From the IMG/VR virus record IMGVR_UViG_3300025327_000013: DNA of 64,000 nucleotides. The stretch is one strand, 5' to 3'. The position numbers and the translations under genes are program-made. The notes below the pieces were generated by a model. It saw nothing but the letters and a program-made list of their open reading frames with translations, was not told where the DNA came from and did no database searches. Below are positions 38,772 to 49,398 of this stretch, piece after piece. This stretch comes from an uncultured virus (IMG/VR IMGVR_UViG_3300025327_000013). Taxonomy: Duplodnaviria; Heunggongvirae; Uroviricota; Caudoviricetes. Every line of letters starts with the position of its first letter. Position 1 is the stretch's first letter.

Positions 38772-41528
38772 GTGCCGATGGATACGCTTCTAAAGGGAAC
38801 ACGAGCATCGCAACAAGTATGCTTGCGATTTGTTATCCGTGATCCGCTCGCGTTTCGCGAGTACTGGGTGCCCCAGGTCTCGAAGCTCCGGTACTGGGGA
38901 CGGTATACCTTTGCGGTGCCGATCGCGGCATTGGATGATGGTGATACGCTTGTGCGGGCCGGGAGGGCAGGCGGGAAGTCGTACGCAATAATCCAGCCAG
39001 AACTTGTCCGCCATGCAATGAATCATCCTGGAGAGGAAACACTCCTGACGTCCCTGCGTTTTCTGCATATTATGGATCGCATGGAGCGCGTGATTGACTA
39101 TTTCAACTTGCCGTTTTTTAAGTTGTTCGTGAAGCGTATTATCCGGTCTCCGTATTCCATAGAACTCCGGACGGGGCATATCATTTACGGCCAAAGCGTT
39201 GGAGAAGATTACGATGCGCGCATGATTCAAGGCAAGCATGCATCGCTGCTCATCGTCGAAGAAGCGCAACAGTATCCCGAACGTGCCTGGATTAAGATAC
39301 AGGGCGCGAAGGATCCTCGAGGATCGAGGACGCTCATGGTTGGTGTGCCTGATGGGCGACTGGATACGCCATTCCGAAAGGCAGATTCGATCATTCAAAG
39401 TTTTGCTGATCGACGTTTCGAGATTTCGAGACGTCACGATCCGTTCTTTGATCAACGAACGAAGCGCGATCTTGCGGACAATCTTGACGGGGAAGATTCC
39501 GACATGTTCATTCAGGAGATCGACGCGAAGTGGGGGCATCCCGTGTGGTCCGCGTGGGATCTGGATGCGATCTACAAGTGCCGGGAATCGGCGTTGAGTC
39601 CAGAGTTCTTCGTCATATCCGGTAAGTTATATAAGCAAGCCGGGTTGACGCCATCAGGTGCATGTGGAGATCTTCCGCCGTGTCCGTATGACGGGAGAGT
39701 TCGGCTGGCTATGGACGTCGGGTACTCGCAGCCATCAGAGATACTCGCGTTTGTGTTCTGGGCCAGCCGGTGGCAGTTATTCACACGCGTGCGGCTTATC
39801 AATCGTATGGAGCACACAGATCAGGCGGATATCCTGCATGAGATCGGGAGAAAGTATGGAGCGGATTACATTGGGATTGACACGACAGAGGGTGAAGGTC
39901 GTGCAATTGCGCAAGACATGGAAAGCAAATACGGGTGGGGTGAACGTATTATTCGTGTCGCATTCACGGAAACTCTGCTTTCTGGATGGACGGCTGGGTC
40001 GGTGGACGCTGAGCCAGAAGAAGTCTGGGAACATGCGAAGTCCATCGGGACACGGACCTTGCGTACGATGTTTTCGAAGAGGAACATCGCGATCTCGCAT
40101 GATGAAAGCATTCCGACGGAATTCAATCGGGAGCGCGAGGTAAGGAACCAAGACGGGACAACACGTGTGATTACCCCCTTTGACGTGCATTGTGTTCGTC
40201 CAGATCAATGTGTAACGACTCGGCGAGGTCATATTCCTATCGCCAATATTGTAGTTGGTGATGAGGTCCTGACGCATCGGGGGCGGTGGTGTCGAGTACG
40301 TACTGTCTTATCAAGGCCATATGAAGGCGAAATGATTGGATTGAGGGCTGGATGTAATAATCATGCGTGGGTAACGCCAGAACATCCAGTTCTTGTGCTG
40401 AGAAGAAAGAAAGACTGGTGGACATCTACGAAAACATGTCAGCGCCATTACAAGATTAATCGTAAGGCTAAGCTGGGTCAGCCTGAATGGATTGTAGCCG
40501 GTAATGTAGAAGCTGGTGATTTGATACAAATGGTAGCGGACCATACGAATTACGAGGATCGTGTACCTATACTGCAGATCCTTGATGAATTAGGTAAGCC
40601 TTATGGGCGTCAGTGTGTGTCGAGGCGCGAATATAGGACGAATGTTACACATGTAGTTCCTGCCAAGGTTGAAGTAGATGAGGACCTCGCATACGTTATG
40701 GGCTTGTATCTAGCAGAAGGTTCGGTAGAGCGACAACCGAATGGAAATATTCGTACCTTTTCTTTTGGTTTTCATCAAAAAGAAATTGCATATATTGAGT
40801 GTGTACAGCGTGTGATGCGAGAGAAGTTTGGTCTTCCGTCATCAACTCGGAATGCACCAGGACTCGGTATGCAAGTTGACGTACATTCAGCTGCGGTAGG
40901 AGAAGCATTTGCGAGGGCCTTTGGTGTGCTGTCCGCCAATATAGGTCCACCTCGTTGGCTCCTTGAGGCTCCACGCCAAATAGTTGCGGCGTGGATTCGT
41001 GGATTATTCCAGGGTGATGGATCTAGGTGCACTAGAAATAAAACACCATACTGGAGACTACATACGATCTCGCACAATATGGCTTTGTTAACTGTAGACG
41101 CACTGCGTAGTCTGGGATTTCGGGCCATGGCTGGACTCTACGATAATAGTGTGCGTGGAAAATTCAATAGACAAGACGCGTGGACTCTCAATGTGTCAAC
41201 TGATGTAGCGCCGTTCGATGATTTCATGCGCACTGGTGTTCTGCCACTTCCATGGACATGGAATGAGTGGACGGTTGTACGGCAACCTATTGCGAGACAG
41301 CGGTATTCAGGACTCGTGTATAACCTCGAAGTTGAACACGATGAAACATTCACGGTGAGTGGAATAACTGTTCATAATTGCACTGATGCCTTCCGTGTCT
41401 TTGCTGTCATGGAATTCCTGGAGACGCCCCTGATACCGCCCGATGCAACGGAAGGCGGTGTGTTTGTGGAGTTGGAACATGGGGATCGTCCAAGCCCATG
41501 GGCGCCGGTGACGGCGTATCCATTTTAG
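38772..41528 (+). CDS. terL: terminase large subunit with intein
   Basis: Walker A RAGRAGGKS, Walker B LLIVEEAQ, nuclease MDVG..., IGIDTT, DVH|CTDAFR after splicing. Confidence 0.88.
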   Translation: MPMDTLLKGTRASQQVCLRFVIRDPLAFREYWVPQVSKLRYWGRYTFAVPIAALDDGDTLVRAGRAGGKSYAIIQPELVRHAMNHPGEETLLTSLRFLHIMDRMERVIDYFNLPFFKLFVKRIIRSPYSIELRTGHIIYGQSVGEDYDARMIQGKHASLLIVEEAQQYPERAWIKIQGAKDPRGSRTLMVGVPDGRLDTPFRKADSIIQSFADRRFEISRRHDPFFDQRTKRDLADNLDGEDSDMFIQEIDAKWGHPVWSAWDLDAIYKCRESALSPEFFVISGKLYKQAGLTPSGACGDLPPCPYDGRVRLAMDVGYSQPSEILAFVFWASRWQLFTRVRLINRMEHTDQADILHEIGRKYGADYIGIDTTEGEGRAIAQDMESKYGWGERIIRVAFTETLLSGWTAGSVDAEPEEVWEHAKSIGTRTLRTMFSKRNIAISHDESIPTEFNREREVRNQDGTTRVITPFDVHCVRPDQCVTTRRGHIPIANIVVGDEVLTHRGRWCRVRTVLSRPYEGEMIGLRAGCNNHAWVTPEHPVLVLRRKKDWWTSTKTCQRHYKINRKAKLGQPEWIVAGNVEAGDLIQMVADHTNYEDRVPILQILDELGKPYGRQCVSRREYRTNVTHVVPAKVEVDEDLAYVMGLYLAEGSVERQPNGNIRTFSFGFHQKEIAYIECVQRVMREKFGLPSSTRNAPGLGMQVDVHSAAVGEAFARAFGVLSANIGPPRWLLEAPRQIVAAWIRGLFQGDGSRCTRNKTPYWRLHTISHNMALLTVDALRSLGFRAMAGLYDNSVRGKFNRQDAWTLNVSTDVAPFDDFMRTGVLPLPWTWNEWTVVRQPIARQRYSGLVYNLEVEHDETFTVSGITVHNCTDAFRVFAVMEFLETPLIPPDATEGGVFVELEHGDRPSPWAPVTAYPF
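40191..41378 (+). mobile_element. 396-aa intein with LAGLIDADG endonuclease
   Basis: starts CVRPDQ, has TPEHP block B, LAGLIDADG helices GLYLAEGS and GLFQGDGS, ends VYNLEV..VHN followed by Cys; AT-richer than the exteins. Confidence 0.92.
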
Positions 41529-41549
41529 CAGTCAGGAGCGAGGACGATC

Positions 41550-43358
41550 ATGGCCAGAGCCCCGGCGAATGAATTGGCAACGTTGTACGCGGATATCGCG
41601 CCGCAGCGACAGGCGGATCTACTGGCGCAGCGGGATGATACCCTAATGCGGTTGCAGGCCTCAAGCCGACCTGACATGGCCGGCAACCCGATGAATCTGA
41701 CGTTCGTGCCGCAGACCTACCAACAGCGTGTCCTGCGTATGTGGGACGCCTATGGGTCGGACCCACTCTTCAAACGTTTGATCGACCGCACGGTTGAGTT
41801 TTGCGCCAATGGGTCACAGTGGGAACTGCCGGCGGATTCCAAAGGCGTATCGTGGCTGGAACAGTTGAAGAAAAAGGATTCCCCGCGAAATGATCGCCTG
41901 GAGCGCGAGGAAGATTTCTGGAACGAGTGGGCGGCGCAGATTAATACTGGCGTGCCGAACGTGCTTCCCGGTCTGGATCAGATTGTTGCGTGGGCGACCC
42001 GGCACATGCTGCTCTCTGGCATGTTCGTGCCGCACTGGCAACTCGGGATGATGGCCTTCGGCAAGCAGACGTATCTTGTGCCGAAGGCGATCACGTGTTA
42101 TCCGGCATCGTCCATTACGCTCCGGCGAGAGAACTCGCTCTTCATGAACGAAAACATTCTCTACTTTAAGCCGGTCAACTATGCGACGACGATGCAGGAA
42201 GGGCAATTTATTGAAGCACCGACGTACATGCCACATGTCGGAGTGCCGGCGAATATGGTGACGATTCCGCCGATGAGTGCGAAGGCGAGAGACGGAGATA
42301 CCGAAGGATATTGCGTGAAATTTGCCTGGAGCCCTGGCGACATTGTGAGTATTCGGCGTGGCATGGTGACGACGATGGGGCATGGCGTGTATCCGTTGCC
42401 GCCGTTTATTACGCTCTTGCCGCAGTTCATTATTCGCCAAAAGATGTTCCACGCTGATATTTCGCTGCTCGATGGCATCATAAACTACGTAATGGTGTTT
42501 AAAGTAGGCGACAAGGATCATCCTCCGAGGTCTCCGTCGAAAGATGCGAAGGGTAATGAAATTCCCGGTACGATTGCGACGGTACGCAAGTTGATCCAGG
42601 ATGGGCGTGTGGGTCCGGCCATGGAACTCTTTTTACCATATTACGTAGATCTCATCATCAAGCAGCCGGATCCGCAAACATTGCTCTCGGATCAGAAATA
42701 CGGTTCGAGTGCGAGTGAAATCATGGGGGCCTTTGGCATTTTTTGGCCCCGGACAACATCGGGCTCACGCGAGCGCTTTGACAAGTTCAACGTGAGCGGA
42801 TTCGAAGAATTCCTGAACGGTATTCGGCAACAGGTGAAATCATTCCTGCACATGCTGGCGCAGCACATCATGGATATCAATCACGGCAAACTCAGCGTGC
42901 GTCCGCAATGGTCGCCCAACCCTCTGAATACGAAGTCCGAGGCGTTCATGCAGGAGCTCCTCAAATTGAAGCAGATGGGCAGTATTTCACTCCGCACGTT
43001 GCTGCGCCATCACACCTTGGATGACGACGTGGAACTCCGGCGCATCGCGCAGGAGATTAGCCTTGACGTAGACGACCTGACAAACGAGAATGTACCGCTG
43101 ACATTCGTACAACAGACTGTCGACCCTGGGGCTGGAGAGGAGTTGGGTGTACCGGACGCAAGGCAGCCGAAAGGCGGTACCTATATGCCGAAGGCTCCCG
43201 GGAAGCCGAAGCCGGCGTCAGGTCCTAGCCGACAGCAGAACGCGCTACCTCCGACGAAGCAACCCGGTCGACCGCCTGGGGTCACCGGGAAGCCGCGGAG
43301 CGATAAGGGGACGGGGTATCAACCCGATGGCGGCGAGCGGACGCCGGAGAGGACATGA
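41550..43358 (+). CDS. probable portal protein
   Basis: 602 aa directly after TerL, low-complexity Pro/Gly C-terminal tail; call from synteny. Confidence 0.65.
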   Translation: MARAPANELATLYADIAPQRQADLLAQRDDTLMRLQASSRPDMAGNPMNLTFVPQTYQQRVLRMWDAYGSDPLFKRLIDRTVEFCANGSQWELPADSKGVSWLEQLKKKDSPRNDRLEREEDFWNEWAAQINTGVPNVLPGLDQIVAWATRHMLLSGMFVPHWQLGMMAFGKQTYLVPKAITCYPASSITLRRENSLFMNENILYFKPVNYATTMQEGQFIEAPTYMPHVGVPANMVTIPPMSAKARDGDTEGYCVKFAWSPGDIVSIRRGMVTTMGHGVYPLPPFITLLPQFIIRQKMFHADISLLDGIINYVMVFKVGDKDHPPRSPSKDAKGNEIPGTIATVRKLIQDGRVGPAMELFLPYYVDLIIKQPDPQTLLSDQKYGSSASEIMGAFGIFWPRTTSGSRERFDKFNVSGFEEFLNGIRQQVKSFLHMLAQHIMDINHGKLSVRPQWSPNPLNTKSEAFMQELLKLKQMGSISLRTLLRHHTLDDDVELRRIAQEISLDVDDLTNENVPLTFVQQTVDPGAGEELGVPDARQPKGGTYMPKAPGKPKPASGPSRQQNALPPTKQPGRPPGVTGKPRSDKGTGYQPDGGERTPERT

Positions 43359-43527
43359 AGGAGACACCCCGGATGGTGGAGATTGCTGCGCGGGTTGTCC
43401 GTGCCCTTGACGCGGTGCGGGATAAGTTACCAGATCGCGATGATATTGTGAAAGAATTCCACCGTCGTTCTATGGAGGACATTGTGTACTTGCTCGGTAA
43501 GCTCGGTGTTGTCGTGCGACCTAAGAC

Positions 43528-44178
43528 ATGAAGGAGACCATTTCGGTTGTGATTCCGTGTCGGACGACGGACGTTCCGAGAGAGACGATAGAATCCCTGT
43601 TTGCGCAGACCTATAAGCACCTCGAGTTTATTATCGTGGTGGACGCTGAGCAGCGTGGGCAAAGCTGGGCGCGAAATCAGGGGATTCAACGGTCGTCTTA
43701 TTCCCTTGATGAGATCGAAGCCAGCCGACTGATACTCTTTAGTGACTATGATTGTCGCTGGGAACCTGACGCCGTAGAGTGCCTCTACGATACGCTGTGC
43801 ACCGCACAGACAAAGCCACGTGATACCGATGATTGGGTAATAGGATATTCGTTCCCTAGCTACGTACAGTTATTGGACGGTGTGCCTGTGAAAACCTTTG
43901 GCCTCGAGCCGTGGAGTTGGCCACGCCTGACCTTTGGGAATTACATCACCATGATGAGTCTAGTGGATATTGATGTTTTGAAAGGTATCTTACATTTCGA
44001 CGAGCGCCTTCGGCGATTGGAAGACTGGGATTTGTGGCTTCGGTGTGGACAGCACGGCATTGCTGGAGTGGGCACGGGCAGGATTCTATTTACCACGGAC
44101 GTCAAGCCTGGGGTGAGTTACGGTGATCTGTCTCATGCGGAAGCGGAGATACAGGTGAGGAAACTGAGGGGGCTATGA
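43528..44178 (+). CDS. GT2 glycosyltransferase
   Basis: ISVVIP, ARNQG, FSDYD, FDE.L..EDWDLWLR. Confidence 0.88.
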   Translation: MKETISVVIPCRTTDVPRETIESLFAQTYKHLEFIIVVDAEQRGQSWARNQGIQRSSYSLDEIEASRLILFSDYDCRWEPDAVECLYDTLCTAQTKPRDTDDWVIGYSFPSYVQLLDGVPVKTFGLEPWSWPRLTFGNYITMMSLVDIDVLKGILHFDERLRRLEDWDLWLRCGQHGIAGVGTGRILFTTDVKPGVSYGDLSHAEAEIQVRKLRGL

Positions 44179-45116
44179 AGAATCTCGGCCCAGGTGATGT
44201 CGTACTTGTGACTGGTGGTAGCGGGTCACTTGCCAGGGCTCTGATTCCACAGATTCTTACTGCTGGTGTAGATGAATTACGTATCTTGTCTCGCGATGAA
44301 GTCAAGCAGGGGGAAATCCACACGCTGTATCCAAATGTCAGGTGTATCTTGGGAGATGTCCGCGATCTCCGGGCGTGTAAAGAAGCCGTGCGCGGGGCCA
44401 CGATTGTCTTGCATGCGGCCAGTCTCAAATTTATTGACGTCTCGGAACTCCAGCCGACAGAGTATGTCCTCACGAATGTCCTCGGCACGATTAATATGAT
44501 CCAAGCAGTCACGCAAGAGGGCGGCGTGGATAGAATGATCGGAATCAGTACTGATAAAGTGGCCAATGCTATTAATACATACGGATTGACTAAGGCGCTC
44601 CTTGAGAAGCTCTTCATGGAATCTCATACGCATCGTAAAAGAACAGGAACGACCTTCGTTGTCTGCCGCTATGGGAATGTCATCGCATCGCGTGGTTCGG
44701 TTCTGCTCAAGTGGGCGGAGGCACGGAAGACCGATGCTCCGTTACTCGTGACGGATCCTACTATGACACGCTTCTTCTTCACGTTGGACGAGGCCGTCGA
44801 TCTGATAGATCTGGCGCTGGTGCAGGAATCTGGGGTAATCGTCTCCAAGGCGATGTCCTCGACCACGCTAGGGGAGTTAGCGGAGGTGATGGCTGGGCCA
44901 GCCGGGGTGCGTATCATCGGGCGTCGTCCAGGAGAAAAGGTTCATGAGGATCTGTTGTCGGAACTGGAAATGCCGCGCGTGATACGGCAAGAAGGATTCT
45001 TCTTCTACCGACCCTTGTCAACACCACATGAGACGACGGAACCTGCGTATACGTCCTTCACCGCTCGCCGATTGACGCCGGATGAACTGATGGAGTTGAC
45101 GGAGCCATGGCGGTGA
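44175..45116 (+). CDS. NDP-sugar 4,6-dehydratase (PseB/CapD-like SDR)
   Basis: VTGGSGS, STDK, YGLTK, RYGNV..SRGSV, MTRF, RPGEK.HE. Confidence 0.9.
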   Translation: MKNLGPGDVVLVTGGSGSLARALIPQILTAGVDELRILSRDEVKQGEIHTLYPNVRCILGDVRDLRACKEAVRGATIVLHAASLKFIDVSELQPTEYVLTNVLGTINMIQAVTQEGGVDRMIGISTDKVANAINTYGLTKALLEKLFMESHTHRKRTGTTFVVCRYGNVIASRGSVLLKWAEARKTDAPLLVTDPTMTRFFFTLDEAVDLIDLALVQESGVIVSKAMSSTTLGELAEVMAGPAGVRIIGRRPGEKVHEDLLSELEMPRVIRQEGFFFYRPLSTPHETTEPAYTSFTARRLTPDELMELTEPWR

Positions 45117-46186
45117 CAGTCGGCATCTCTATCGTTTCGATGAATCGACCGCAGATCCTCCGTCAAACGATCTCGCGCCTGACCTGCAATCCACAGATCC
45201 CGCAGGATCGGATCGTGATCGTCGACAACGGGTCGACGGACCCTGAGACGCTGGCGCTGTTAGAGACGCAAGCGCGTGAGGGCTGGCACATCGTGCGCAA
45301 TGCGACGAACTTGGGTCTCTCGCGTGCGGTCAATCAGGGCTTGGCTGAGTTCGCGGCTGATTCGGATTTACTCCTCCATATGGACGATGATGCCCTCGTG
45401 CATCCTGCGGAGACGGACGATTGGTTGGCGCGCATGGTGGATACTATGGTCAACTGTCCGGAGCTCGGGCTCCTCTTGCCGAATACGGAGAACTATACAG
45501 AGTTTATTCAGCACGATCGGTATCGGGAACTGCGGTGGGGGCTCGGGATGATGTGGGTGCTTCGACGAGATGTGTACACCATTGTAGGGGGCTACGATCA
45601 GCAACTCCTACATCAAAATGAATGTGATCTCGCCTTACGTGTGCGCATGGCGGGATATACAGTGGGGGCAATGAACGTTAAGGTCATGCATAACGATCCT
45701 GGTGGTCCACGATCTGATCTATCATTAGCGCGAGAGCATTTAGGCACAGTGCAGTTCAATGATAAGCATTGTGGGTACTTTCGCGGACGAGCGTGGTCAT
45801 ACGGCACAGTTCCAGTATACAGAATGCAACAGTGGCCGCCGGATCAGGAATGGTACCGAAGATTCTCGAAAGCTAATGCCATCGAATTGAATCCTGCGCC
45901 ACCAGAGTATCGAGTAGAAAATGTGCAACCTGGTGAGCGTGTCATTGAAATTATTGAGGTGAGCGAGCAAGGGAAGATCGAAGGTAAGGCCCTGGCGCGC
46001 CGTATTTTCATTGCGGGGGCGTGGTATTTCTGTATCGTTGGGCTTACAAACGAATACGCGCACTGGGCACGTGGGACTGGATACCTCGATGACCGGGATC
46101 GTGCGATCGCCAAGTGGTTCGAGTTGACTGGTGAGAAGTACGAAGGGTACAAGTGGCCGTGTAATCTGCTTAAGCCGGCTGAATAA
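45107..46186 (+). CDS. GT2 glycosyltransferase
   Basis: IVDNGSTD, NLGLSRAVNQG, HMDDD, GGYD, ECDLALR. Confidence 0.88.
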   Translation: MAVTVGISIVSMNRPQILRQTISRLTCNPQIPQDRIVIVDNGSTDPETLALLETQAREGWHIVRNATNLGLSRAVNQGLAEFAADSDLLLHMDDDALVHPAETDDWLARMVDTMVNCPELGLLLPNTENYTEFIQHDRYRELRWGLGMMWVLRRDVYTIVGGYDQQLLHQNECDLALRVRMAGYTVGAMNVKVMHNDPGGPRSDLSLAREHLGTVQFNDKHCGYFRGRAWSYGTVPVYRMQQWPPDQEWYRRFSKANAIELNPAPPEYRVENVQPGERVIEIIEVSEQGKIEGKALARRIFIAGAWYFCIVGLTNEYAHWARGTGYLDDRDRAIAKWFELTGEKYEGYKWPCNLLKPAE

Positions 46187-46861
46187 ATGCGCTTAGGCTC
46201 GCATCATACCGAAGATTCTAAGGCTAAAATTGTAGCCGCTAATATTGGACGAGTTCCCAGTGCAGAAACACGCATGAAGATGTCGGCTGCTCACGCTGGG
46301 CAATGTCAGTTTAAGACTATTACTACTTGTGATCTTGAATGGACTGCTGGGTTTTTAGAGGGAGAAGGCACATTCGATTTTTCTAACGGTAGCCAAAATG
46401 TAGGAAAACTGGCTATAGCATGCGAGTAGGTGCGGTACAGGTACAGGCATGGCCCTTGTACAAACTAAAAGATATGTTTGGAGGCAGTATATCTTTTTAT
46501 CCCTCTAAAACCGACGGCGGCAGGTTTATCTATGACGCTTTATTCACTTTTATCTCCTCAGCGCCGGGATCAGGTTTTGAAGAAGTTGACTCTCTGGAAA
46601 TTGCGGCCTATGTCACATAAATTCCAAACGCATTGTTTCAATGGGCATTTATTATCTGGTGAAAATGTATCTGTGTATACGGGTATCAAGGGCAAGAGAC
46701 GGACTTGCTTAACGTGTCAGAGAAAGTACCGCAAGGATAGGCAGTCAGATATGAATCGCCCAATTTGTAAAATGTCAGAATGCGGAATTCCGGTGTTCGT
46801 TAAAGATGTGTGTAAAAAACATTATCAGCGCTATAGGCGTTCGTTGGGAAAAAGGGCCTAG
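46187..46861 (+). pseudogene. frameshifted NUMOD3/LAGLIDADG homing endonuclease
   Basis: three consecutive frames carry HTEDSK/SAETRMKMS, WTAGFLEGEG, LKDMFGG and THCFNGH..C..C. Confidence 0.7.
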
Positions 46862-46865
46862 AAGA

Positions 46866-48005
46866 ATGCACATTGTTGTTGATGGTAATGTGTACGAGCC
46901 AAATTCTTTCTGCGTTGTCAACCGCAATATTGTTTGCGCCATGCATCGTCTAGGCTATGACGTGCGCCTCGAGGCATGGGGACAGGGACGCGAGAAACCT
47001 CACCGCGAGTCGTTCATTGACCGCGATCTTCTGGACGAGCTTGCAGCGAAGCCAAAAGACTACGACAACGCGATCACGATCCGCCAAAGCTGGCCACGGT
47101 GCGAGCCGTACTACAGCCCTGCCTACAACTGGGATACCATCCAAGGGAAAATCAAAATAGGGCTCCTCCCATGGGAAAGCGAACATCTCCCGGCGACATG
47201 GCTGGACAATATACGGACGGTCGACGTCATCCTGACCATTTCCACGTTCTCTGCTGACCGTATAGAGCGGGAACTGTGCCGAGCGTCCGTTCCCACGCCA
47301 GTGTGGGGCGTCCCGTTAGGGGTGGATCGCCGGCTGTTCAATCCAGACCGCCCTCCGAGAGCCCTCGAAGGCGCCAGGGCCTTCCGATTCCTCCACATAG
47401 GCGTCGGGCAGCCCCGGAAGGGGTCGGATCTCGTGCGCCAAGCCTACCTGAACGAGTTCACGGACGCCGACGACGTGACTCTGGTGGTCAAGACAGGAGG
47501 ATGGGATGACGCGTCCGCGTGGACGGAGCATCTCGAGGCCAATGCCCCGCACATCCTGGTCGTGCATGATGATAATATCCCGGAAGCGGAGATGGGCGGG
47601 TTCTACACGGCCTGCCATTGCCTGGTCCATCCGGCGCGCCTAGAAGGGTTTGGTATGACGATGTTGGAAGCGATGTCGTGCGGGATCCCGGTGATCTGTA
47701 CGGAGCAGGGTGCGCACCGGGTCTTTGCCAACGCATCCAACTCGATATTGGTCCCGTGCGTGGAGGAACAGTTCGCGTACTTTCAGGACCTCGTGGGCAT
47801 AGCCCATCGCGTGGATCGCGAGGCCTTGCGCCGTGCCATGCGGACGGCGATGCTGGATGCCTCGTGGCCTATGGTCACGCGAACGAATGTACATTTACTG
47901 CTTCCTGGTCTCATAACAGCGCAAACGTTCTCATGGGCACGCACGGCGGTACAGATCGTAGACCACATAGAACGGATGTTCGGGCCGCTGGATAAAATAT
48001 CATGA
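46866..48005 (+). CDS. GT4 glycosyltransferase
   Basis: PRKGSD, HPARLEGFGMTMLEAMSCGIPVI. Confidence 0.9.
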   Translation: MHIVVDGNVYEPNSFCVVNRNIVCAMHRLGYDVRLEAWGQGREKPHRESFIDRDLLDELAAKPKDYDNAITIRQSWPRCEPYYSPAYNWDTIQGKIKIGLLPWESEHLPATWLDNIRTVDVILTISTFSADRIERELCRASVPTPVWGVPLGVDRRLFNPDRPPRALEGARAFRFLHIGVGQPRKGSDLVRQAYLNEFTDADDVTLVVKTGGWDDASAWTEHLEANAPHILVVHDDNIPEAEMGGFYTACHCLVHPARLEGFGMTMLEAMSCGIPVICTEQGAHRVFANASNSILVPCVEEQFAYFQDLVGIAHRVDREALRRAMRTAMLDASWPMVTRTNVHLLLPGLITAQTFSWARTAVQIVDHIERMFGPLDKIS

Positions 48006-48709
48006 CAGATTCCGAAGCGATTCAACGATTCCGTGCGCTGTATAGCGGTGGTCTGGCACAAAAGCGCCGTGATGCCGGAGACCCGAGTGCCCTAGCACCA
48101 TGGCAATCCACGTCGTGGATGGGGAAACCTGTGTCGAAGTGTCCCATGGATCTGTGGGTGTATCAGGAATTGCTGTATGAGACTCAGCCGGATGTGTTAC
48201 TTGAATGTGGGACGAGTGGAGCAGGGTCGGCGTTCTTCTTTGCCTCGATCTTCGATTTCATCGGAAAGGGCCACGTGGTCACGGTCGACGTCGATGTGTA
48301 TCTCCATCTCCGGCGAGAGCATCCGAGGATTACGTATCTAGTCGGCGATTGTCTCAGTGAGGAGATTATGTCTGTAATGCGAGAGTGCGCACGGGGGAAG
48401 GCGACCATGGTCTCGCTGGATTCTACGCATACCTACGTGCACGTGAAACAAGAACTGGCGGTCTATGCACCACTGGTGACGCCGGGGCAGTATTGTGTTG
48501 TCGAGGATATCGGGATATTTGACGAAGCGTCCGCCGAGCGCGGACCGCAGTTCACGCCAGCGATTCTTGCGGATCTCGACATCGGTGATCCGTACTGGGG
48601 GACGCTGGCGGTGGCAGAGTTTTGTCGCGAGCATCCTGAATTCGTGCAGGATGTGACGCGGGAGCGGCATCTCATGACGTCATTCGCGTGGCTTCGGAGG
48701 GATCGGTAA
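48002..48709 (+). CDS. CmcI/rhamnosyl O-methyltransferase family protein
   Basis: KCPMDLWVYQE..PD..ECGT, LDSTH..HV..EL..Y..LV..G.Y.VVED. Confidence 0.88.
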   Translation: MTDSEAIQRFRALYSGGLAQKRRDAGDPSALAPWQSTSWMGKPVSKCPMDLWVYQELLYETQPDVLLECGTSGAGSAFFFASIFDFIGKGHVVTVDVDVYLHLRREHPRITYLVGDCLSEEIMSVMRECARGKATMVSLDSTHTYVHVKQELAVYAPLVTPGQYCVVEDIGIFDEASAERGPQFTPAILADLDIGDPYWGTLAVAEFCREHPEFVQDVTRERHLMTSFAWLRRDR

Positions 48710-49398
48710 TGAGCTATGGTCGTGCACCGACGGTGGATTTAGCTGTCACCGTGAACTTGACCGAAGAGAACGTGATCGACGCATTCCACGGCGTCTATTA
48801 CTCCAGGCTCGACACGCTGCGATGGTTCGGGGTGCCCGTGCTCAAATCCCCTATTGATATGTGGATCTATCAGGAGATTCTGTGCCGAACACTGCCGGAT
48901 GTGATCATTGAAACCGGCACGGCTTTCGGTGGCTCGGCGTATTTTATGGCAGCAGTTTGTCAGTTGATCGGGAAGGGACGCATTCTTTCTATTGACATTG
49001 ATCCGACCACAGCGAATCTGATGGTGACCAGTCGACCCGTCCATCCCCGCGTGACGTATCTCACGGGCAGTTCAACGGACTCGGCGATACTTCGGCAGGT
49101 CAGAGAGCAGATCCAACCCAGCGAACGTGTGATGGTAATTCTGGATTCGGATCATCATGAGCCGCATGTGAGTGCGGAACTTGAAGCCTACGCTGGCTTG
49201 GTCTCGCCAGACTGCTACCTTATCGTGGAGGACACGAACCTGAACGGCCATCCCGTGGGGTCGGAGTTTGGGCCTGGTCCGTGGGAAGCTGTGGACAAAT
49301 GGCTGCCGGAGCATCCGGAGTTTGTGCTCGACTCGGTCCTCGAGCAGCGCTACGTCGTCACGTTTAACCCGCGTGGGTATTTTCGGAGACTGGCATGA
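48709..49398 (+). CDS. second CmcI-family O-methyltransferase
   Basis: KSPIDMWIYQE..PD..ETGT..GGS, LDSDH, YLIVEDT, GPWEAV. Confidence 0.9.
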   Translation: MSYGRAPTVDLAVTVNLTEENVIDAFHGVYYSRLDTLRWFGVPVLKSPIDMWIYQEILCRTLPDVIIETGTAFGGSAYFMAAVCQLIGKGRILSIDIDPTTANLMVTSRPVHPRVTYLTGSSTDSAILRQVREQIQPSERVMVILDSDHHEPHVSAELEAYAGLVSPDCYLIVEDTNLNGHPVGSEFGPGPWEAVDKWLPEHPEFVLDSVLEQRYVVTFNPRGYFRRLA

